A DNA stretch of 64,000 bases, from assembly GCA_001029735.1 (NCBI GenBank), contig CP011213.1, forward strand, positions 720,298 through 784,297. The letters run 5' to 3'. The stretch is from Berkelbacteria bacterium GW2011_GWE1_39_12 (GTDB lineage: Bacteria; Patescibacteriota; UBA1384; UBA12157). A program made the translations under genes and the position numbers. Shown in pieces: positions 46,500 to 57,551 of this stretch (positions are counted from its first letter, which is position 1; every line of letters begins with the position of its first letter). The notes under the pieces were generated by a model, which saw nothing but the letters and a program-made list of their open reading frames with translations, searched no databases and was not told the origin of the DNA.

Positions 46500-46946
46500 T
46501 TGAATAAAAAATTACTTATTATTCCCGCGATTGCTATAGGTGTAGCTATTAGCGGAGCAGCACTTTGGCCAACTGGTATTGCAAAAGCAAATGGTAATGG
46601 CAACGGCGATATGATGACACAGCAACTTGCTCAAAAATTGGGCATAGATCAGGATAAAGTATCAGGGGCAATGGATCAAATCCATGAAGAAAAACAAGCC
46701 CGAATGCAGGATGAACAAAAAACAAAACTGCAGGAAGCGGTTGACGCTGGTACTATCACATCTGAACAAAAAGATGCGATCTTAACTAGACAAACCGAAC
46801 AACAGCAAAAAAGAGAACAGGAAAGAACGGAAAACCAGAAATGGCTGAGCGACAACAACTTAGATCGTGAAACTTTACGTGATTTAGGTGTTGGTATGGG
46901 TGGACATGGACGCAAAGGAATGGGGATGGGATTTGGTCAAGAATAA
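46500..46946 (+). CDS. Secreted helical protein
   Basis: GGAGGTG RBS + TTG; signal peptide; 'LA.KLG.....V', 'L..AV..G.IT.EQ...I'; Gly/Met-rich tail. Confidence 0.75.
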   Translation: MNKKLLIIPAIAIGVAISGAALWPTGIAKANGNGNGDMMTQQLAQKLGIDQDKVSGAMDQIHEEKQARMQDEQKTKLQEAVDAGTITSEQKDAILTRQTEQQQKREQERTENQKWLSDNNLDRETLRDLGVGMGGHGRKGMGMGFGQE

Positions 46947-46961
46947 AATCCCTTCATATAA

Positions 46962-46992
46962 AAAAACAGCCCCTTGGGAAAGGGCTGTTTTT
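46962..46992 (+). terminator. Intrinsic terminator
   Basis: AAAAACAGCCC-loop-GGGCTGTTTTT. Confidence 0.85.
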
Positions 46993-47004
46993 AATAATGA
47001 GATT

Positions 47005-47033
47005 TTATAAGCTGTTTCTCAGGTTTGTCTCAT
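47005..47033 (+). promoter_or_regulatory. Tandem box, third site (three units)
   Basis: TTATAAG-N4-TTCTCAG-N4-GTCTCAT. Confidence 0.6.
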
Positions 47034-47067
47034 AAACTTAAGCAGAAATAATTAGAAAGGAAAAATC

Positions 47068-48414
47068 ATGGGAGTAATTAGTCGAGGTGTCAAAAATGCT
47101 TTTAGAAACGGCGTTCGGACAACCTCAATCATTTTTATCTTGGCATTATCGATCGCAATGAGCTTGATAATGCTTTTAGCCTTAAAAACTGTTGATGCAA
47201 AGATTTCATCGGTAAAAGGGTCAATTGGGAACACAATCACAATTAGCCCCGCCGGTGTGCGTGGATTTGAAGGCGGAGGAACACTGTTAACAGATGCAAA
47301 CGTAACAGATGTAAAAGGGTTGTCGCATGTTGTTTCTACTATTGGAGTACTATCGGATCGATTAGAAAGCGCTAGTACAAATTTAATATCATCAATTGAG
47401 CCTGGTGAATTTGGCAATCGTCAGAAAAGACAAGAAAATAGCTCAGTCAGCTCAAATAATACTAGTGCGAATCAAAGTTTTACTATGCCAGTCATGGTTT
47501 CGGCAACTAGTGACATCAATTCTCTTTCCAGCTTAAATGTTAGTGAGCTAACTTTAACAAGTGGAGATAAAATTGATGCTAGTTCATCGGAAAATATTGC
47601 AATGCTTGGAAAAGATTTAGCATCTAAAAATGGTCTTTCAGTTGGGTCAACTTTTAAAGCCTATGATCAAGATATTAAAGTTGTCGGTATTTACGATACT
47701 GGAAATACTTTTACCAATGGTTCTGTTCTTATGCCACTTAAAACCTTGCAGAATCTTTCTAGCCAAACAGGGCAAGTTAATCAAATAGTTGTCACTACTG
47801 ATTCAATCGATAATCTTTCCAGCGTTGAGACGGCAATCAAAGATAAAATTGGTTCTGACAAGGTCGACGTAGTCTCATCCCAAGACCAATCACAAAACGC
47901 AGTTACGCCATTGGAAAATATCAAAACAATTTCCACTTATAGTTTAGTTGGATCGATCATTGCTGGATCAATTATTATTTTGCTTACAATGGTTATGATT
48001 GTACGTGAGAGACGAAGAGAAATCGGTGTTTTGAAAGCGATTGGTTCTTCTAATACCAAAATAATGGCGCAGTTTATTTCTGAAGCCTTAACTTTGACTT
48101 TGATTAGCAGTCTAGCCGGAATAATTTTAGGCTTGATCTTTTCAAATCCTGTTTTAAAAATCATGGTGACAAACACTGAATCATCGGTCAGCACAGGTGG
48201 GCCAGGACGTGTAATGGGTGGTGGCGGTGGAGCTATGATGCTAAAAATAGGCAATGGTACTGGTAACGCTTTGCGTGAAATGCACGCCGTTATTGGTTGG
48301 GACATTATCCTTTATGGCTTTTTAGCGGCTATAATCATCGCTATTATCGGCAGTGCGATCCCATCATTTCTAATATCAAAAGTAAGGCCAGCCGAAGTAA
48401 TGCGGGCAGAATAG
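47068..48414 (+). CDS. MacB/FtsX-like ABC transporter permease
   Basis: 'N..RN..RT', large extracellular domain, 'RERRREIGVLKAIG', 'P.E.MR.E'. Confidence 0.92.
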   Translation: MGVISRGVKNAFRNGVRTTSIIFILALSIAMSLIMLLALKTVDAKISSVKGSIGNTITISPAGVRGFEGGGTLLTDANVTDVKGLSHVVSTIGVLSDRLESASTNLISSIEPGEFGNRQKRQENSSVSSNNTSANQSFTMPVMVSATSDINSLSSLNVSELTLTSGDKIDASSSENIAMLGKDLASKNGLSVGSTFKAYDQDIKVVGIYDTGNTFTNGSVLMPLKTLQNLSSQTGQVNQIVVTTDSIDNLSSVETAIKDKIGSDKVDVVSSQDQSQNAVTPLENIKTISTYSLVGSIIAGSIIILLTMVMIVRERRREIGVLKAIGSSNTKIMAQFISEALTLTLISSLAGIILGLIFSNPVLKIMVTNTESSVSTGGPGRVMGGGGGAMMLKIGNGTGNALREMHAVIGWDIILYGFLAAIIIAIIGSAIPSFLISKVRPAEVMRAE

Positions 48415-48431
48415 AAAATTAAAGGATAAAT

Positions 48432-49097
48432 ATGTTAAAAGTAAATAAATTAACTAAAGTTTTCTTATCGGCGGACAATAAAGTTTCAGCTGTTAAAGAC
48501 GTTTCAATGGATGTGCCTGATGGAGTATTTAGTACGATTGTCGGAAAATCAGGTAGCGGTAAAAGTACGTTACTGTCTCTTTTAGGCGCGCTGGATAAGC
48601 CGACATCGGGGAGTATTGAGGTTGGCGGTGAAGACGTGACCAGAATGGGGGATAGTAAATTAATAAAATATCGTCGTGATAAAATTGGTTTTATTTTCCA
48701 AAATTATAATTTAATTCCTAATCTGACGGCATTGGAAAACGTGACGCTGCCAATGGAATTCGCTGGAATTAAAAAAGAAGAAAGAATTAAAAGAGCAGAA
48801 AGTTTATTAAAGCAAGTTGGATTAGACTTAGCTAAACAAAACCGCAAACCGGGCCGACTTTCTGGTGGGGAGCAGCAGCGCGTGGCGATTGCACGGGCTC
48901 TGGCCAATAAGCCAAAATTAATTTTAGCCGATGAGCCGACTGGTAATTTGGATTCTGCCACCGGTAAAATCATCATTGATTTATTGAAGGATTTGGCTCG
49001 AACGGAAAATACGACCATTGTGGCCGTGACGCACGACGAAGGTATCGCTAAGCAAGCAAAAATTACCTTTACGTTAAAAGATGGTCGATTGGTATAA
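48432..49097 (+). CDS. ABC transporter ATP-binding protein (LolD/MacB-like)
   Basis: [36 protein letters not shown]. Confidence 0.95.
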   Translation: MLKVNKLTKVFLSADNKVSAVKDVSMDVPDGVFSTIVGKSGSGKSTLLSLLGALDKPTSGSIEVGGEDVTRMGDSKLIKYRRDKIGFIFQNYNLIPNLTALENVTLPMEFAGIKKEERIKRAESLLKQVGLDLAKQNRKPGRLSGGEQQRVAIARALANKPKLILADEPTGNLDSATGKIIIDLLKDLARTENTTIVAVTHDEGIAKQAKITFTLKDGRLV

Positions 49098-49104
49098 TAA
49101 AAAA

Positions 49105-49755
49105 TTAGTACAGAGAAAGCGGATTTATCCAGCCGGAAAGGTCCGCTTTTTTTGATACATAACCTTTAATATCAAGTCGAGTATCGGTTAAAATGGCAAA
49201 ATGAAGATGTCGTCGTTCGCCGTTAGTTTCATTACTGTAGCCTGTGCCAAGCAAAGCAATTTGCTGACCTTTGGAAAAAGTTGTGCCAACCCTTGGTAAT
49301 GATGCTGGTCGAATATGGCCATATAAAACGCTATGTTTTTTTTCGTTCATTTCTGTTTCTAAAATAAAAACTCCACCATAACCAGAAGCGTATTGGGAAA
49401 AAGTGATTTTACCATCATTCACTGCAAATACAGGGACGTCGGTTTTTGCATCTTCGTATTCAGCATCTGCACCGGTATGATAACCGGTAAATCTTTCTGG
49501 CTGAATCGGTGAGTTTTGGGGTGTACTATAAATACCAAATGGCTTTTTTGTCACGCGGGCTTTGAAATTAGCTACAGGTTCAGCTAGTGAAGAAGTTTTT
49601 AGGGACTCTGTAGAATCCGGCAACGTTGGTTGAAAATCTGTTTGAGTGATAGGTTCTGAGTTATTAGTTTTAGGTAAAAATTGAAATTTAAAAAAGATCA
49701 ACCCGCCGATAATTAAATAAATTAAAACTAAAAATATTGATTTATTTCTTTTCAT
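49105..49755 (-). CDS. M23 family metallopeptidase
   Basis: 'HTGAD', 'YGH', 'HLHF', 'INP'; N-terminal anchor. Confidence 0.9.
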   Translation of the reverse strand: MKRNKSIFLVLIYLIIGGLIFFKFQFLPKTNNSEPITQTDFQPTLPDSTESLKTSSLAEPVANFKARVTKKPFGIYSTPQNSPIQPERFTGYHTGADAEYEDAKTDVPVFAVNDGKITFSQYASGYGGVFILETEMNEKKHSVLYGHIRPASLPRVGTTFSKGQQIALLGTGYSNETNGERRHLHFAILTDTRLDIKGYVSKKADLSGWINPLSLY

Positions 49756-49824
49756 GATTGCCAATTATATCATATGAAAATACTATTTTTGCTGTTTTAT
49801 TACCAAAGAACTACAATTGTATTA

Positions 49825-50859
49825 ATGAAAAAAGAACGATCCAAAATCTTATTTACCTTTTTTTACTTTTTTTCCAGCGTCATAATTGTGGCTCTTGGAG
49901 TTTTTATATTTTCACCAGAAAAAGCTTTAATTAAAAACCTGGACACAGCTCCTAAGCGAGCGACTGAAAAAACTTTTAATTTTATTATTGGTGGAGATGT
50001 AATGCTTGGCCGAGCGGTGGCTTGGCATTTCGATAACGATGTTACGAAGGCTTTTGAAAATCTACCTGCAGAAATTTTTGCAGATAAGGATTTGGCAATG
50101 GTAAATCTTGAAGGACCAATTTCAAGTGAAAATATTAAACCAGATCCGACGGCAAATAATTTCACATTTAATTTTCCTGTTAACTCTATTAACACCTTAA
50201 ATTATCTTAATCTAAACGCGGTAAGTCTTGGTAATAATCATTCTGAAAATCAGGGTTCTGCTGGATTAAATACAACGAGGGATTTGTTAGCAAAAAATGA
50301 TATTGTCGCAATTGGCAGTGAAAAAAACTTTGACGACAATTCTGTTTCAGAATTCAAAGGGAGCGGAATTAACCTCTCCGTAATAACTATTAATACTCTA
50401 GCAAGTAAGGATGATTTAACTGCATCAATCGAAAAAGAAAAAGCTAGAGGAAATTTAGTAATGGTATTTCCGCATTGGGGCAATGAATATCAGTCAACTC
50501 ATTCATCAAGCCAGCAGCAATTGGCTCGTAGTTGGATTGACGCTGGCGCCGACATTATTATCGGGTCACATCCACACGTTTTGCAAGATGCAGAAATTTA
50601 CAATAATAAATTAATTTTTTATTCGCTCGGTAATTTAATTTTTGATCAAAATTTTTCGGAGGAAACTCAAAGAGGCATGATACTTGCTGGAAAATTTGTA
50701 AATGAAGAAGTGGAAATTACCTTTTTGCCAACTAAAATCGCAAAATACCAAGTATCTCTTTTGCAAGAAAAAGAAAAAGAATTATCAATTGCTATTTACC
50801 GCAGATACCTTGGAGAAAAATATTTCATCAATAAAGATACAATAACTATTAACCAATAA
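49825..50859 (+). CDS. CapA (PGA_cap) family metallophosphoesterase-like protein
   Basis: 'GDVMLGR', 'NLEG', 'NNH', 'HWG.EY', 'G.HPHV.Q', 'YSLGN..FDQ'. Confidence 0.92.
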   Translation: MKKERSKILFTFFYFFSSVIIVALGVFIFSPEKALIKNLDTAPKRATEKTFNFIIGGDVMLGRAVAWHFDNDVTKAFENLPAEIFADKDLAMVNLEGPISSENIKPDPTANNFTFNFPVNSINTLNYLNLNAVSLGNNHSENQGSAGLNTTRDLLAKNDIVAIGSEKNFDDNSVSEFKGSGINLSVITINTLASKDDLTASIEKEKARGNLVMVFPHWGNEYQSTHSSSQQQLARSWIDAGADIIIGSHPHVLQDAEIYNNKLIFYSLGNLIFDQNFSEETQRGMILAGKFVNEEVEITFLPTKIAKYQVSLLQEKEKELSIAIYRRYLGEKYFINKDTITINQ

Positions 50860-50919
50860 ATATTGTATTATGCATGAGTTTAAGTTAAATTAATATAGAG
50901 ATGAAGATTAGGAGGGGAC

Positions 50920-53900
50920 GTGCGTAAGCCTTCCGGGAATTATTTAAATTATATCTATTTCATAGCTGGACTAGTGATTATTGGTCTGTCAGTTTTTTTG
51001 TGGCCAAGAGGAACAAAAGCTAGTATTCCGACCTTTGGTACTCCGACAGCTAACAAGACAGTATTGAATAAATATGAAATGTTTGAACTGACCATACCGT
51101 TGAGTGCAACCTACGATAATCCATTTAGAGCAAGTGCAACCAATGAAACTTTTGTTGATGGTAATCAGACACAATCAGGATATGGTATTACTTTAGATGC
51201 ATATATTCAGCTTCCACTCAAGGATGGAGTGTCTAAAACCATAAAAGTGCCAGGCTTCTATAATGTTGATTATAAAACTCCGATGGCTGATAATCCAAAT
51301 AATACTAATAATACTTTTGCGGTAAACTCTGGCTGGCGCTGGAATATACGTTACGCAGGTTCAGAAGCGGGGACCTACAAATACTATCTCAAGGTGGTGG
51401 ATAAAAATGGATCTACCTGTTATCCGACTAATTGCTCGCCTAGTTCTAGTACTCAATTTCTAGTCGGTAGCACGCCTGATCCGAAGACTCCGCACGGATT
51501 TGTTCGAAAAAGTACAAAAAACCCTGGGTTTTTTGAATATGACGATGGCACCCCTTTTGTTCAAATAGGCTCTCAGATGGATGCGTTCGATATTTACAAA
51601 TACCCGACTTTGGCAGCTAATGGATTTAATTTTAGTCGTACTTGGTTGACAAATGGAGCCCAGTCATCGATTTTTCGTAATACTACTCCGGCTATTTGGA
51701 GAGCGGGAGTAAAAGATAATGAAGAAACCTATGTCGGTTATCGACACTATTCTACTGATGCGAAAAAGACGGGTAAATTTGGATTAAAAACTGCGGTTGG
51801 CCCAAATCCAAGCTTCTCAAAGACTACTACATTAGCACCTTCTGGCACAATTTTATCGTCGCAAAACAATATAGGGGCTCTCCCAAGTACTTGCTATACT
51901 GCTTCCGCTTGGGTTAAAACTGCTAATAGCTTCAATGGAACTCTTACATTTAGCGCGGCAACTGACGGTCGTAGCCCAATACGAGTTAATAGTCAGTCTT
52001 TGACCGGTGTTAAGGACTGGACCGAACTAACCGTTGGTCCATTTAAGACACCAAGCGATGCAAATCATATCAGTATCACTTCCCAATTAAATTCTTCCGC
52101 TAAAGGTGATGTGTATATGGATGATGTTGCTTTATTTCAAACCACACAAAGTAATGGTGTTTGCAGTAATACTCATGCTTACGCTCCCAATGAAGTCAAT
52201 CTTCTTTGGGATCCAGGATATGAATATGGAAATCCAATGGGAAATCCCAGTGTGCTATTTATGGAAAATTTGGGTCGTTTTGAGTACATTGTCAAACAAG
52301 CAGAAGTAAACGGCGTAGTGCTGCAACCTTGTATTTTTGATTACAAGGTTTGGGGGAACTATTCTGGGGATAAATCAAACTGGGCAGCTTTTTACGGAAG
52401 TGTTGACGGAGATGCAAATATATACAGTAATTTTTGGAAAACAGATACGAATGAGTTCAAAAGTCAACAATATGCATTGAGATATTTGATTGCTCGCTAT
52501 GGCTACTCACCGGCGATTGGTTTTTGGGAGTTAACTAACGAGATGTATAGAGTTGATAAGGCTACTAATTCGGATGCTCCTGATCATCTTGTTTGGGTAA
52601 ATGCAATTGGTGATTACTTAAAATCAATCGATTACAATAATAGACTGATGACAAACTCTTACAATAACGGTTATGATTACACAACTTTTGCCGATCCAGC
52701 AAAGACTGGTATAGAGATTTACTCAAGACATAATTATATTTATGACGAGACAACTCATAAGCAAGGACGCGACGAAATAACTTATGCAATAAACACTTTT
52801 AGATACTTTAAAGAAAATGGTTATGGCAACACCTTATTAACTACCCTTCTCGGGCTTGGTGGCGAATATGGCGTTGTTTCAAATCTGAACGGCCAGCACA
52901 ATAGTCATTGGGTTGATGTGTCTGAAGGCTATGTGGCAAAGGAAGGATTGACGCCTACTCAGGCTAGTGTGTATTGCCAGTCAGACGGCACAAATTGCGA
53001 CAATACTGGCATTGTTTTTCATAATACTTTATGGGCATCTGCAATTTTGCAGGGTTTTAAAAATGTTCATAATGTCTTTTCTGGCGAGCTACTATTTAAT
53101 AATGTTTATGGTGATAAATGGATAGCTCAAGCAAAGGGAGTATCTTATTTTTCAAAAAAATTACCTTTTTATAATTCCAGCGCTCAAATATTAGCAACGC
53201 CAGATATAGCCGACGTTAATGCTACTAGCCTAATGGATTTAGTTAACGGTTCAACGATTAGCGTAGTTCAACCTACTTCTAGTAATGCAAACATTAGGGC
53301 TTTTGGTAGAAAATCAGGTGAACAAGCGTTTTTGTGGGTTCAAAACGCCCACAATATTTGGGGCGATCGAATTCAGCAAAAACAAAGCATTAGTAATGTC
53401 AGCGGTGATTTAACTATTCCTGGTTTTACGGCGAATAAACAATTTACCGTGTCTTACTATAATACATATAATGCTAGAGTAACTCGTACGGCAACAGTTA
53501 ATTCGGATTCGACTGGTAAAATTAAGTTAACGAGTTCTGTTTCGGGGGGAATTGCTGGTATAGTTTTAGGGACAGATACAAATGCTATAAACAATACTGA
53601 TAGTCGTCCTGATGTCGCTATTATTATCACACCAACATCATCAATAAAGCCAATTGTAAACTTAGTGAAAACAGTTAGCAATACTCAAGCCGACGCTGGC
53701 AGTTTGATTACTTACACAATCAAAGCAAAGAATAACGGCAATGATTTTGCGCAAAATGTGATTGTATCAGATTCGATCGATAGTTCGAAAGTCGAGTTTA
53801 TATCTGCTTCCGATGGTGGAGATTTTAGTAATAATCGAATCAGCTGGAACTTCGGGCTAGCAGTCGGTGAAGAAAAAACAAGAAGTTTTATTGTGAAAAT

Positions 53901-54354
53901 AAAAGAGATTAGCGGTTTGATTCAACTTTTAGGAAATACACCAGTCGTGTTTGAAGCCGAAGATAGTCGTGGATCTTTAAATGGGTCTATGTCAAAAGGC
54001 GATGATTCTATAGCTTCGGCAGGTAAGTATCTTCATGTTCCCAATGACCAGGCAGATGATAGTGGCTCTGTTTCTTATAATTTAGATGCCACGTCGAACC
54101 CTGGTACTTACTATCTTTGTGTTAATACCTATTGGATAGATACAGCTGGTAATTCACTTTCTATAAGTTTAGATAGCGACCTTAGTAAAGTCAGGCTTGG
54201 TAATGAGGAAACGAATTACAATCAATGGATGTGGCGTCAATTTGGTCAAGCCTTGGAACTTTCTGGTGTCCATACTCTTACAATCCATGGTCGTGAATCT
54301 GGCGCTCGCTTTGATCAGATTAAAATAACTAAGAGTTCGAATTGTTTGCAATAA
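50920..54354 (+). CDS. Large secreted modular glycoside-hydrolase-like protein (DUF5060-like + clan GH-A barrel with CBM-like insert + DUF11 + CBM-like)
   Basis: Anchor; 'YE.FE.....Y.NPF', 'W..R....G.Y.Y', 'F...DGTPF', 'RY..ARYGYS....WEL.NE', 'GEYG', 'K......G..ITYTI...N.G' (DUF11), 'FEAED'. Confidence 0.75.
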   Translation: MRKPSGNYLNYIYFIAGLVIIGLSVFLWPRGTKASIPTFGTPTANKTVLNKYEMFELTIPLSATYDNPFRASATNETFVDGNQTQSGYGITLDAYIQLPLKDGVSKTIKVPGFYNVDYKTPMADNPNNTNNTFAVNSGWRWNIRYAGSEAGTYKYYLKVVDKNGSTCYPTNCSPSSSTQFLVGSTPDPKTPHGFVRKSTKNPGFFEYDDGTPFVQIGSQMDAFDIYKYPTLAANGFNFSRTWLTNGAQSSIFRNTTPAIWRAGVKDNEETYVGYRHYSTDAKKTGKFGLKTAVGPNPSFSKTTTLAPSGTILSSQNNIGALPSTCYTASAWVKTANSFNGTLTFSAATDGRSPIRVNSQSLTGVKDWTELTVGPFKTPSDANHISITSQLNSSAKGDVYMDDVALFQTTQSNGVCSNTHAYAPNEVNLLWDPGYEYGNPMGNPSVLFMENLGRFEYIVKQAEVNGVVLQPCIFDYKVWGNYSGDKSNWAAFYGSVDGDANIYSNFWKTDTNEFKSQQYALRYLIARYGYSPAIGFWELTNEMYRVDKATNSDAPDHLVWVNAIGDYLKSIDYNNRLMTNSYNNGYDYTTFADPAKTGIEIYSRHNYIYDETTHKQGRDEITYAINTFRYFKENGYGNTLLTTLLGLGGEYGVVSNLNGQHNSHWVDVSEGYVAKEGLTPTQASVYCQSDGTNCDNTGIVFHNTLWASAILQGFKNVHNVFSGELLFNNVYGDKWIAQAKGVSYFSKKLPFYNSSAQILATPDIADVNATSLMDLVNGSTISVVQPTSSNANIRAFGRKSGEQAFLWVQNAHNIWGDRIQQKQSISNVSGDLTIPGFTANKQFTVSYYNTYNARVTRTATVNSDSTGKIKLTSSVSGGIAGIVLGTDTNAINNTDSRPDVAIIITPTSSIKPIVNLVKTVSNTQADAGSLITYTIKAKNNGNDFAQNVIVSDSIDSSKVEFISASDGGDFSNNRISWNFGLAVGEEKTRSFIVKIKEISGLIQLLGNTPVVFEAEDSRGSLNGSMSKGDDSIASAGKYLHVPNDQADDSGSVSYNLDATSNPGTYYLCVNTYWIDTAGNSLSISLDSDLSKVRLGNEETNYNQWMWRQFGQALELSGVHTLTIHGRESGARFDQIKITKSSNCLQ

Positions 54355-54358
54355 TTTT

Positions 54359-57300
54359 ATGAAAAAAATGATGAAAAAAATCTCGTTCCGAAACTTTATT
54401 ACAACTTTATTGGTTACTGGTTGTGTTTTTTCCTTTTTTTTAGTTCAAAGACTAGATCAAAGTAATATTAATGTATCGGCTGATGCAGTGCCCGGTGCTT
54501 TAAAGGTTGACACAGCTAATCCGCACTACTTTATTGATGCCAATGGGAAGCGAGTTTTTCTTTTAGGGTCCACTGCTTATAAATTTTCGAACATGAATGT
54601 ATCAGACCAGGAAATATATTCGGAAATTGATGTCCTTTTAGGCAGTAGCTCTACAACCGATGATGACATGAATTATCTTCGAATTTGGAACTTGAGACCA
54701 TGGGATGCTAAAGGAGACGTGCGGTTCCCTTGGTTGCAAACTGGCGCATCTTATTCTTCAGATTATAAATTTGATTTGACTAGATGGGATGAAACCTACT
54801 GGTCTAGAATGAAAAAAATGGTTAGTTATGCACAAAGCAGGGGTGTTTATGTAAATATATTTCCTTTTGATGAATGTGGTATGGAAGGTTCTCTAGATGG
54901 AAAAGAAGAAATGTGGAAAAGACATCCTTATCACCCATATAACAACAGCAATAATCTTGGTCTTTTAACCAATACAGCGACGCCTATTGATGGTAGTAAT
55001 AGTATTTATGATCCGTGGGGCAATGGTAAATTAAATACTTTAGAAACGGTGCAGAAAGCGTATTTTACCAAACTCCTTAATGAGCTAGCGCCATATAATA
55101 ATGTTATGTTTGAGGTGGTAAACGAGTATCAAAGAGGGGGTGAAACATGGGAAGCTCAAGTTGCGGATTACCTAAAAACAGGAATGGAATCACGAAACCA
55201 AACAAATTCCACATACTGGAAGACTCAAATAGTGACTGTTAATCATATCCTAGCGGCAGAGGCACATGACTATCAGTGGACCGATCCAAATATCGCTGGT
55301 TATAACTTTCATAAAACAATTAATAAAAGTGATGGTAAATATCTTGCTAATGCAAAAATTAATGCTTTGGCCGAGTATATGAGTTCTTATTACTCTAAGA
55401 ATAAAGTAATTAATTGCAATGAATGTTCTCATCTAAGTAAATATATTGATATGAGAAAAATTGGTATGGGAATGTTTGTTCTAGGTGGTTATGTCTCCTT
55501 TGACGACTCCACCGATGCCATTACTCCGGTTGCCAATAAAATTCATAAGTTTATTCGTGGTGTAACTGTTCCAGGAGATAGTCGAAAAGGCGTTAAATTT
55601 TGGGAAATGAAGCCAAATAATACTTATTTCAGGGCGGTTGGTTCTTCTGTTTACATTAAGTCGACTCCAAGTGGCAGTTCTACCGGATACACTTTAGCTA
55701 ATCCTGGCCGAGAATATGTTGTTTTTCTAGATGGCTATGGATCATCTAATGGTGTTTTGGGAATTGATTTATCAGGGTTGCCTACTGGTATGGAATATAA
55801 AGCTGTTGCTTACAACACGGATCCGGCTGTTACCACAAATGAGTACACAAATCTTTCAGTATCATACAACGGCGTTTCCAGCCAAATTAACGGTATACCA
55901 TCATTTGGCTCAAGCTCACTTAGCTCTAGCCAGGTGGTTTATATCAGAGCGATTCAGGTAGATCAAGCTTATCAAACGTCGATTATCAATGAAACTACTT
56001 TACAAGTTAAAAGTTCGGAGCCAGAACCGTTTGCGCTAACTCATTTGCAGCAAGGGAGCCAGGTTTATACAGATAGGGATCAATACAATTACTCAATTAC
56101 CACAATACCAGCCGAGCTTTCTGGATTAAATACGGATTGGATTAACACAGCTAATAATGACAAATCGAATGTGACGAATCCTTTTATAACATTCCAAGTA
56201 AAAACCGCCGGATATGTTTACATTATCTATGATGTTAATCAGTCGCCGCCCGCCTGGTTAGCCGGCTGGGAACTAAGAACAGATCGTTTTGCAAGAAATA
56301 GTACCTCAGGAAGCCCGACTGAATATAAGCTCTTTAGAAAGTATTTCGCTAACGGTTCAAATGTAAGTTTGGGACCAAATGTGTCATCTGGTACCGGTAG
56401 CAATATGTATCTTGTTGCGGCTTACCCGGCAGCACAACCTAATATAAAGATAACCAAGACCATTTTGTCTAATAGTGTATCTGTCGGAGATAATATTGAA
56501 TACACTCTGTTGATAAAAAACGAAGGCGTCGCTCCGGCCTTAAATATTAATGTAAGTGATCCAATTGATCTAAATAAGGTCAGATTTAAGTCCGCTGACA
56601 ATAATGGTAGTTATGACGCTACTAATAAAGTTGTTAAATGGAGCATTTCTAAGCTTGAGGCTGGTCAAGTGATATCCCTGAAATTGGTCGTTACGACCGA
56701 TCTTCAACCGTCGGTCACTCTGGTTGGGGCTGGAGATATTGCTTATTCTGGTTATGTGATGGATAAAACAGCAAATTTAATCGATAATATTTCCGGAACT
56801 GTTTTTACAGCCGGCGATAATAACCAAAGCAATACTGCTGATTACGCGACAAAAATGCAGGAATACGTTAACTATTTTACCCCCACTTGGGGAAGGTTCA
56901 TCAATCGTTTAAAGCCAGCCATGGGTAATCATGATTATTTGAACCCAGGTGCCTATTATGATTATTTTGGTTCTGCAGCCGGTCCTGTAAACAAAGGCTA
57001 CTATAGCTATAATTTGGGTGCCTGGCATATTATTGTTTTAAATAGCAACATAGAGCAAAGTCAGGGATCCACTCAGGAGCAATGGTTAAAAAATGATTTG
57101 GCCAATAATACCAATCTTTGCACTATGGCAATTTGGCATCATCCCAGATTTAGTTCCGGTGTACATGGTAATAACTCAAATGTTGGCACTTTTTGGCAGG
57201 ATTTGTATAGCGCCGGCGCAGAAGTCGTCGTAAATGGGCATGACCATGATTACGAAAGATTTGCCCCGCAAAAACCTGATCAAACTAGAGATGACGCTAG

Positions 57301-57496
57301 CGGTATCAGAGAATTTGTTGCCGGGACTGGTGGGGCTCCTAATAGATCGTTCGGCACTATTCAGTCAAATAGCGAAGTTCGAAAATTAAATCATGGTGTT
57401 CTTAAGTTTGATCTGTATTCAAATAAATATGATTGGCAGTTTATTCATATTGACGACGGAGCGGTTTACGATTCTGGCACGACAAATTGTCATTAA
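54359..57496 (+). CDS. Large secreted modular protein: GH-A-like barrel + DUF11 + metallophosphoesterase
   Basis: 'NP.YF....G', 'FDL..W...YW.R....V..A...G', 'E..NE', DUF11 'G..I.YT....N.G...A', phosphoesterase 'GAGDIA','GNHDY','HHP','GHDH'. Confidence 0.8.
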   Translation: MKKMMKKISFRNFITTLLVTGCVFSFFLVQRLDQSNINVSADAVPGALKVDTANPHYFIDANGKRVFLLGSTAYKFSNMNVSDQEIYSEIDVLLGSSSTTDDDMNYLRIWNLRPWDAKGDVRFPWLQTGASYSSDYKFDLTRWDETYWSRMKKMVSYAQSRGVYVNIFPFDECGMEGSLDGKEEMWKRHPYHPYNNSNNLGLLTNTATPIDGSNSIYDPWGNGKLNTLETVQKAYFTKLLNELAPYNNVMFEVVNEYQRGGETWEAQVADYLKTGMESRNQTNSTYWKTQIVTVNHILAAEAHDYQWTDPNIAGYNFHKTINKSDGKYLANAKINALAEYMSSYYSKNKVINCNECSHLSKYIDMRKIGMGMFVLGGYVSFDDSTDAITPVANKIHKFIRGVTVPGDSRKGVKFWEMKPNNTYFRAVGSSVYIKSTPSGSSTGYTLANPGREYVVFLDGYGSSNGVLGIDLSGLPTGMEYKAVAYNTDPAVTTNEYTNLSVSYNGVSSQINGIPSFGSSSLSSSQVVYIRAIQVDQAYQTSIINETTLQVKSSEPEPFALTHLQQGSQVYTDRDQYNYSITTIPAELSGLNTDWINTANNDKSNVTNPFITFQVKTAGYVYIIYDVNQSPPAWLAGWELRTDRFARNSTSGSPTEYKLFRKYFANGSNVSLGPNVSSGTGSNMYLVAAYPAAQPNIKITKTILSNSVSVGDNIEYTLLIKNEGVAPALNINVSDPIDLNKVRFKSADNNGSYDATNKVVKWSISKLEAGQVISLKLVVTTDLQPSVTLVGAGDIAYSGYVMDKTANLIDNISGTVFTAGDNNQSNTADYATKMQEYVNYFTPTWGRFINRLKPAMGNHDYLNPGAYYDYFGSAAGPVNKGYYSYNLGAWHIIVLNSNIEQSQGSTQEQWLKNDLANNTNLCTMAIWHHPRFSSGVHGNNSNVGTFWQDLYSAGAEVVVNGHDHDYERFAPQKPDQTRDDASGIREFVAGTGGAPNRSFGTIQSNSEVRKLNHGVLKFDLYSNKYDWQFIHIDDGAVYDSGTTNCH

Positions 57497-57551
57497 TACT
57501 TTTGTTGAGAAAGATATTCGGTAGAGTAAAGATCTATGGTATAGTGTTCAT

